From NCBI GenBank assembly GCA_030704615.1, contig CM060734.1:496001-560000 (forward strand): a stretch of DNA of 64,000 nt, given 5' to 3'. The DNA comes from Takakia lepidozioides. Lineage: Eukaryota > Plantae > Bryophyta. Made by a program: the position numbers and the translations under genes. The notes below the pieces were generated by a model. It saw only the letters and a program-made list of their open reading frames with translations. It made no database searches and was not told the origin of the DNA. Below, in pieces: positions 57,096 through 64,000 of this stretch (within the stretch, counting starts at the first letter, position 1; the number at the start of each line of letters is the position of its first letter).

Positions 57096-59421
57096 CAAGC
57101 ACAATATACGTACGTATATGTAAAGTCTGGAAGTATTGTGGACCCACCGAGATTGTATGAATGGACTTGGAAGTGTAGATGAAAAAATTTATGTCCAGAA
57201 AAATGTCTTATGTAGACACTGTTGGAAAGGGAGGCATGCATTTGAAGGAAGAGAAGCAATCTCCCCACATTTGATTCCCCGGATACTCCCAAATAGGTGG
57301 ATCCAATCGGAAAATGTCTATGCACTAGAACTTGCGGTAGCACCGGACTCCGACGCACAAATGTCCATAAGATCCTAGCCCTGCTGTCCACATTTTCCAC
57401 ACGATTGAAGCAAACTAGAGGGGGGGAGTCGCATAGAGAGAACTTCCTAGCGGCAGCCTCCGCATAGCATGGCAACCGCAGGGGGGCAGTTGGGCTCGGG
57501 AAAATTTCCGGGTTAGCATAGAATGGGATGCTTCTCCTTGTTGTTGGTGTCCTGCAAAAATTCCCGAAGTTGCAAGCCCATAAGCTGAAAGACACGACCG
57601 CGCTTGTGACAAAAATGAAGGTCAAATAAATGAAAAACCCAACATGTCATCCAAAACAAACCGGACTTACGTACACTCAAAGTCGGAGTCCACGTCGAGG
57701 TCTTCATCTGGAAGTTCCCGTTCGTCGAAAACTGGTTCCTTGTGTGGGGCCGATCCCGAGCCGGAGGTGAGTTGTTGAATCTCGCACGAAAACAGCTCCG
57801 CATCCCCCTCCATGCCGAAGAAGTGTCTACCGGCGCTCTTACAAGCATGGAAAGTTGCACCTGCAAATACACAGAACGAATGGTCAAAAAACCCAGAATC
57901 ATTACAAAATTCAAGATTATCGACACGTTAGAGCAGGAGACTTGGCAGGGTGAACCTGTTCCCAAAGACAAGTCCACCACCCGCCCCCCATGCCGGCTGC
58001 AAGTCTCCACCAGATCTGGCATGAATGCTGGAGATTTCTTCTCCGAGCACCTCTCCAAGGGACACCATTCGTCCTTTTGATGGTCCGCCCGGAGTCCACG
58101 TAATTGTAGAGGACATCGTCCCCCACAGGCTCGCAGGTGGGGTCGATCTGTGCTGCAAGGTCTCTCAACTGGAACTCCGCAATACCTGGAGGGAGGGTGT
58201 CCTTTCGCATCCTCACCAAACATAAAGCCTCGAACACCCGAGTCTGCCTTGCCCCCCCAAAACATTCAGTTCACGATCATGCATAATGAACTGAACAGAA
58301 TGAAATTAGCAGAAGAGACAGTCCACCATCCTGAACTCACCCTCTGTCCTGGAAACTCTCCCTTGGTAAGTGGAAGAGTGTTGATACACGTCCATGTTTT
58401 GATGACCTTAAAGCCGGAAATGTAACTAAAAAGAAGAAGTGCTCCTACATCGGACAAAAATTTGTTGCTGAAGGAAAAAACCCACTGCCAGAAAAGGGCA
58501 TCTGACTTGTTCCACGATGGTGTTGTGTTCGATGGGAGGACATCCGGCACAGGCAGACCATCTGGAATGTCCAGGACCACCAGGTCTGTTGCATATGCTT
58601 GCTGGCTTCCATTCACCCATTCAGGTCTTTTGGTGACCTGTTCCACTTAAAAAAACAGTGGACTAGTTAGGAGCAGAACACAATGTTGAACAAAGTAAAA
58701 AACACACCAGGCAAAGTTTTGTGTGGGCACCTTTGTGAGGAAAGAAATTAGGATGTCCCAAGTCTTCGATCTCTCTCCTTTGAATGTGGATTTTATGGAT
58801 TCCATCATTGCCAAGAAACTCTCGTTAATCACCTCATTTTCATACTGACCCAACACCCGTGAAGGGTGCTCTCTGGCCTCGTAAGATTGTTCTTTAGTTT
58901 TAGGAGTTCTCCTGTCCTTGCGAGTTGGAGAGGGTTGATGCTCTGTGGTGTCCTGCACAACCTGATCCTGCCCAGCCACAATCTTCCCCTTACCCTTCCC
59001 ATCACCTGCGCCCTTCCCTTTCCGTTTGGGAGTGCTACTTTTCTCCGCTCCTTTGCTGCGAGGGCTTGAATTATTCTCTCCTGAATTTCCTTGTCACTAA
59101 GTGGTGCAAGAGCAGCTGCATTGTCATTGAAGTTGCGCATGACCACCTCCTCGAACGGTGTGTCCTATTTGGGCAAGTCCAGGTACCAGCCACAATCTCT
59201 GAAGTACGCCCTGCCCGAGTCCTTCGCGATTCCAGCAGTGTACATTGTCTTGTCCTTAGTGGGGTCCGCCCACATGAAAATGAAATCCGGTTCATCACTG
59301 AGGTACTTGTCGAGAATGAGGACATGGTAAATGTACCCGGAAAACACACCCAAATGATCAATTTAGTGAAGGCCAATGTCCAGCAGAATCATAGAAGCTG
59401 GAAAAAGATAGTACCTCGAAC

Positions 59422-59866
59422 AACCTTGCGTTGACGCAAGGTTGTTTGAGGCATCCCAACAAATTGCCGATACTAGAAATGATATCTCGAAATTGGTCTA
59501 TTACGAGCAAAGGATAGCATTGCGTCAAAGCAAGGATGTACATTGCTCTGAAGTTTAACTTAAATCTGCAGGTAGAATCAAGTCTCAAACAACCTTGCGT
59601 TAACGCAAGGTTGAAATGAGTCTGTTAAATGACAATTTATAAGCAGAATTTGAAACAAAGAGACTGCGGACAAGAAGAGAATGAACGGAAAATGTACCTC
59701 TAAGTGCAATGAAATTTCGGAAAATACTGTTCTGCAGGACCTACATTTAACCTTGCGTCAACGCAAGGTTGGAACAAGCCTGGAGAAGCACCATACTACC
59801 AAACAAAAATCTGTGAAAGAAGTGCAAAACTACCAGCCCGATTCAACCTTGAGTTGACGCAAGGTT
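59422..59866. repeat. Interspersed palindrome array 1 (4 good copies plus 1 degenerate copy of AACCTTGCGTYRACGCAAGGTT)
   Basis: Cores at 59422, 59516 (degenerate), 59591, 59749 and 59845; all inside intron 59398-59982. Confidence 0.95.
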
Positions 59867-61850
59867 AAATTGCGTCTGGAAAGGAACGGTAGACGATCAG
59901 TGTAGCCTCACATTGGCAGTCCCAAACCATGCCAATGAGGAAAAACGAAACGAAGAAAAGAAACAATGAAGATACATGATACCTGTACAAGACTCGCTTC
60001 ATAGCTTGCTCGCTATTGTACTGATTCTTGAAATCATTCGACCTGGAAATGCCTTTGTCTCTTTCAAACTCCCTGAAGAAACAGTTGTTCCATATTGCAC
60101 CTTTCCATCTCCGAATGTATTGCTCAAGAGAGATTCTTGGTGTTGTCATTGTGATTTTGTAGTCAGTCAATGACTCTCCCAGTGCTGAAATAGCACGTCT
60201 TTCCAGCTGTTCCAACAAGGCAAATGTGAGGCTATGGAGCTATGCAACACGGAATTACGAAAAAATGGAGACTGCAAGAATGAATTGGTGCATTCTCTCA
60301 CCTGGCTCCAGAATGTAGCTTTGTGAAGCCACTGGTCGAAGGAGTGGTCGCTCACCACTTTTACCACATTGGTTTTGGGGTCTTTCTCTGTTCTTGGAAA
60401 CCCATACGTGTCCTTCACCAGAGGATCCGAGTTCCAAATCTCCAACCATCTGATTTTGGTTGCAGTGTCCACCATTGAAATGGACAGGCGATGCAATTTC
60501 TCTTGTGTCATTTCGGGTTTAGTTCCGTACTTGTCGTAATGCACTTTCACCTACTCCAGGAACTCTGAGCCGAGACCGGGATCTGCAATATGGATTTGTT
60601 TGTCAAACGCACTCAGCAGGTTCTTCCTGTGGTTATCCATCTCAAACCGGATTGCCTCCGCCACCCCAACAGCAGACCTCTCCTCCTCTGCGTGAGTGGC
60701 GTAGTATTCGGCCTTCGCCTTCAAGCCTGTCTCCGCTATCTCTTGCTGCAAACAATCCAACATATAAAATACTTCAGTTCACAGCCAATGAAAATAGGTA
60801 ACAGACAACTCTGAATTTCAATTCGGTTTAAGTTTCTTTACCGGGTACATGTAGTCAAGAAATGCCTCTCTTGTCAGGCTATACCAGGTGACGAGCTTCT
60901 TCTCCCTGCATCTCTTCATTTGACTTGGACTCAACACGTTCGCAAACGATTCCAGTGGCATCATACCGATCTTCTGGACCTGGAAAAGGGTGTGGCAGAG
61001 GTTGGTTGTTACGTGGGAGGTTTCGTTTGACCTGCATTGAGCAGTCACTTTTCCAATTAAGAACAAAACAACCACAAACAGAGCAATGCAATCAAATAAT
61101 GCACAAGAATTTTGACAGACTTGTTGATGTCGTGCATGGCAGTGAGCAGCTGTGTGACTCGTCCTTTGTGATCTTGAACCATAGAATGAATGCTCCAGTG
61201 CCAGTCCTTTTTGTCAGAGTGCAATTCCAATATGTAGTCCATCTAGGCAAGCAACCGGTGATTACCATCCCACACAAAAAACATCTTCCCCATGAAAACT
61301 TTCGTGGAAGCCTTCTTGGATAGTTTGGCCTCGAACTCCCTGTTAACTTCACGCCAACACGCATCCCAACCTTCCTCTATCTCTTCTGATACAGGGCACT
61401 CTTCGCCCTTTGTGTCAGTTGTGGAAACATAAAACACCGTAGAACCCTTCACATACCCATGCACAAAATCATTTTTAAGTTTCCTTATGTCGTTTTCTAA
61501 GTGCTGGCCGGACAGCGGGCATCGATATCATTCTGCACAGTGGGATAAGGATGTCTCCACCAGGAATTTCCATGGACAGGATGACCTTCGAAGAGTTCAC
61601 CTTCTGTCCCCCGATAACAGCCTCTGCTCTGTTTGCGTAATGCTCGTCATCGCCTTCTTCATCATCTTCATCGTCTGCCTCTCCTCCGTCTCTGGCAGGT
61701 TCTTTCCTTTTCCTTTTCCTCTGTAAGAAAAGGGAAGATCAATCAGTCATTCTGTCTGGTATTGAACATAATTGCAGATAAACATGCAGTTGTATGGCCC
61801 TAAACAACCTTGGGACAAGTGAAAATGACTCTTCATTTGTAGCCCCAATC

Positions 61851-62554
61851 AACCTTGCGTTAACGCAAGGTTGTTTGTGGGGATTCCAACAATGGGAAAG
61901 GAGATAAATACAGACTTCGCCAGGACTCAGGACAAAGAACAGCAGCCCAAATCAACCTTGCGTTGACGCAAGGTTGTTTCATGGGGCATACAAACTGTGG
62001 GATTAAAGGAGAAAGCAAACATTGGCAAGACTCTCAAACTACCTTGCGTCAACGCAAGGTTGTTTGATGAGCTTTAGCAGTTCCAGAATCCATGCAGACG
62101 GACACTTGAGGTTGTTTCTTGGGCTGGCAATTTTCGGAGTGAAGGAAAAACGAGCCATTGGTTGTGCTCTCAAACAACCTTGCGTCAACGCAAGGTTGTT
62201 TGATGAGCTTCAACCTTTCGAAAAAACTCTTCAGAAGGACACAGGCTTGCAACCCGAACCAACCTTGCGTTGACGCAAGGTTGATTGTGGGATTTGCAAC
62301 GGTGGGAAAACAGATAATGAATGGCCGAAGCAGACATGGACGATACATTTGAAACAACCTTGCGTCAACGCAAGGTTGTTTTGTGGCATTCAAAGGGCAA
62401 TGTTTTTCTCAATTGTCTGTGTCTGTAACCTGAATCAACCTTGCGTTGACGCAAGGTTGATTCAGGTTGTCTTCACAGAATCATGTTCTTGTCAATCAGT
62501 CTATATTCGAGCATTCCAGCAACCAGCAAATCGACCTTGCGTTGACGAAAGGTT
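61851..62554. repeat. Interspersed palindrome array 2 (8 copies of AACCTTGCGTYRACGCAAGGTT)
   Basis: Cores at 61851, 61954, 62040, 62176, 62261, 62356, 62437 and 62533; all inside intron 61721-62614. Confidence 0.95.
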
Positions 62555-64000
62555 TTATTGCTATCTACCAGACAGACTAAAACTTAGCTGTGGCAACTGG
62601 TACGTCATACATACCTCTGCTTGCTTCTTTGCAGCGCTCGAAGACACACCTCCCGTCTGACTCGTCTCCTTCAATTCGTGTGGTAGGATCGGTCCCAGAA
62701 GATCAGGCTGGTGGGTGACAAAACCACGAACTTCAAGCTCCGTTGTCTCTTCCATTACGCGAACCATCGGGGACTGTTGTCTGAGTCCTGCCCAGGGTTC
62801 CTCCTCTCCACCCTCAAAAGACTGAAGCTCGTTGGGCTCCTTCTATACGGCGGCTAAACCCTCTGGAGACTGCCGCACAACAGCTCCTCCGGCCTCTCTC
62901 TCTTCAGCCTCAGCCTCCCCCTCTCCTCCGGCCTGTCCCACCCCGGTGTCCTCTCCCAACATGAGTTCCCTTCGGATCTTCTTCATTCTCTCCTTTGCCC
63001 GCAACCTTTGTTTGCTAGATGTGAAGTACAGAGTTTGGCGACGCCTTCTCCTAGCTCGAGAGGGAGTCTCACTATCGTCATGATCTAGGATTGCAGAGAG
63101 GGAGAGAAATAGTGGTGCGAGAAAGACGAAAATCACTTGCCTCTCCCCCTCCCCTACTGCGCCAAGATGTCATCTTCATGGAGAAGCGGCATGGTTGTGT
63201 GGAGTATCTGCATGCAAGACACGTCGTCCCTGTACGGTCAAGAGTCGAGCTAAAATAAGGTTATTTTAGAATAGAAGTACGGTCCTGGGAAATTTTTGGT
63301 TGTCGCTTCGGTGGTGGTGGCTTCTCCATGTCATTTGCTCATTCAAAACAAATGAATGAAAACAAGTAGAGCAATCTCATCCGACCTGCTTTTCATCTCT
63401 ACTTATGACACATCACATCTTAAGATAGAATGAACGGGTGGCTGGACAGCTGGTGTCTGAAGAAAACCGTTGGATACAAGCAGTTATTGATTACATAAGA
63501 TGCCTTGTAAGATGTGTAATGTGGATGGATGAGGATAGATGGCCTGGTGCAAATTGCAATGAAACTGCTCATCCACCTTGCCGTACATCGGCACTAACGT
63601 TCCAGTATGGGCGCGTCGATCATGTTGTTTGATGCTATCCCCAGACGTACGGCTCGTTGCTCCAGTGTTGGCACACTTTGTTGGACACTGTTCCCGTACT
63701 CTTCTCTGCTTTACGAATGGCTCTCACAAAAGACTTGGTAAAATTCTAATGTCCTTACAAATCTCTCCCCCTCACCAAAGTGCCAAATGCCAATGGGATG
63801 GCAACCGTTGGAGAGGATGTCCTCTGTAGAAGCTTGGATCTGCAAGTTGGAACTGTGCATGTGGAGAAAGAAGTGCATGACTCCGCCGGTAGAGTCGACA
63901 GCATGATGATTCTGGAGCCATTTGTGTGCGAGGACCGTGTTAGACAATGGAGAGTTCCAGCAGGCACTTACCGCGTGCATGGGGATCAGCGACGTTTGTC

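Larger units (their letters stand above)
57667..63086 (-). pseudogene. Spliced gene: ParB/Srx-like domain plus beta-class N4C/N6A DNA methyltransferase-like domain; disrupted by stops and frameshifts
   Basis: ParB-like IPLCRMISMPAVRPAL/ENDIRKL..HGY..FFVWDGNHRLLA (61246-61560); MTase motif IV TDLVVLDIPDG (58557-58589); KSPAFMPDLVETCSRHGGRVVDLSLGTG|ATFHACKSAGRHFFGMEGD joined over GT-AG intron 57861-57955; further GT-AG introns at 61721-62614, about 61032-61120 and 59398-59982. Confidence 0.8.

Noticed and set aside
56777-57625. 282-aa minus-strand ORF as a separate gene
   Set aside because: No motifs and it runs into TGGATG repeats; part might be a last exon of the MTase gene (GTAAGT near 57670), but I cannot support this.
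61851-62554. Bona fide CRISPR array
   Set aside because: Eukaryotic intronic context, no cas genes, irregular and long spacers, fully palindromic repeats in mixed orientation; kept as a palindrome array.
59422-62554. Palindrome centres as W-boxes for the nearby WRKY
   Set aside because: The centre is TTGACG rather than TTGAC(C/T), and some copies have TTAAC; a W-box would not explain 22-bp conservation.
63380-64000. Neighbouring gene upstream of the ParB-MTase
   Set aside because: Exon-like fragments only, cut by the window edge, with no recognisable domain.

Overview
Eukaryotic, transposon-rich plant DNA, probably from a non-seed land plant (inferred from the Tcn1-like gypsy element and the style of the WRKY gene). 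It holds one intact host gene, a 4-exon group IId WRKY (minus strand, 31445-23598), with a ~5 kb LINE in intron 2 and a W-box cluster upstream. A convergent NPF/PTR transporter pseudogene fragment lies next to it. There are two full-length, related, decayed non-chromovirus Ty3/gypsy LTR elements (2692-15828, TSD CTCCA; 43547-56801, TSD ATAAC). Each carries an extra ORF starting inside the 5' LTR and a >1000-codon extra ORF after pol. Other elements are a truncated self-priming Tcn1/Tf1-like gypsy element, a gag-protease relic, a kinase-like fragment and a Ulp1-protease-like pseudogene. The most notable feature is at 57.6-63.1 kb: a spliced, now disrupted gene encoding a ParB/Srx-like domain fused to a prokaryote-type beta-class N4C/N6A DNA methyltransferase. 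Its two long introns, and only those, carry 13 copies of a 22-bp palindrome (AACCTTGCGTYRACGCAAGGTT) separated by largely unrelated spacers, a parS-like or CRISPR-like layout. All calls were made by eye from the sequence; no database searches were run.
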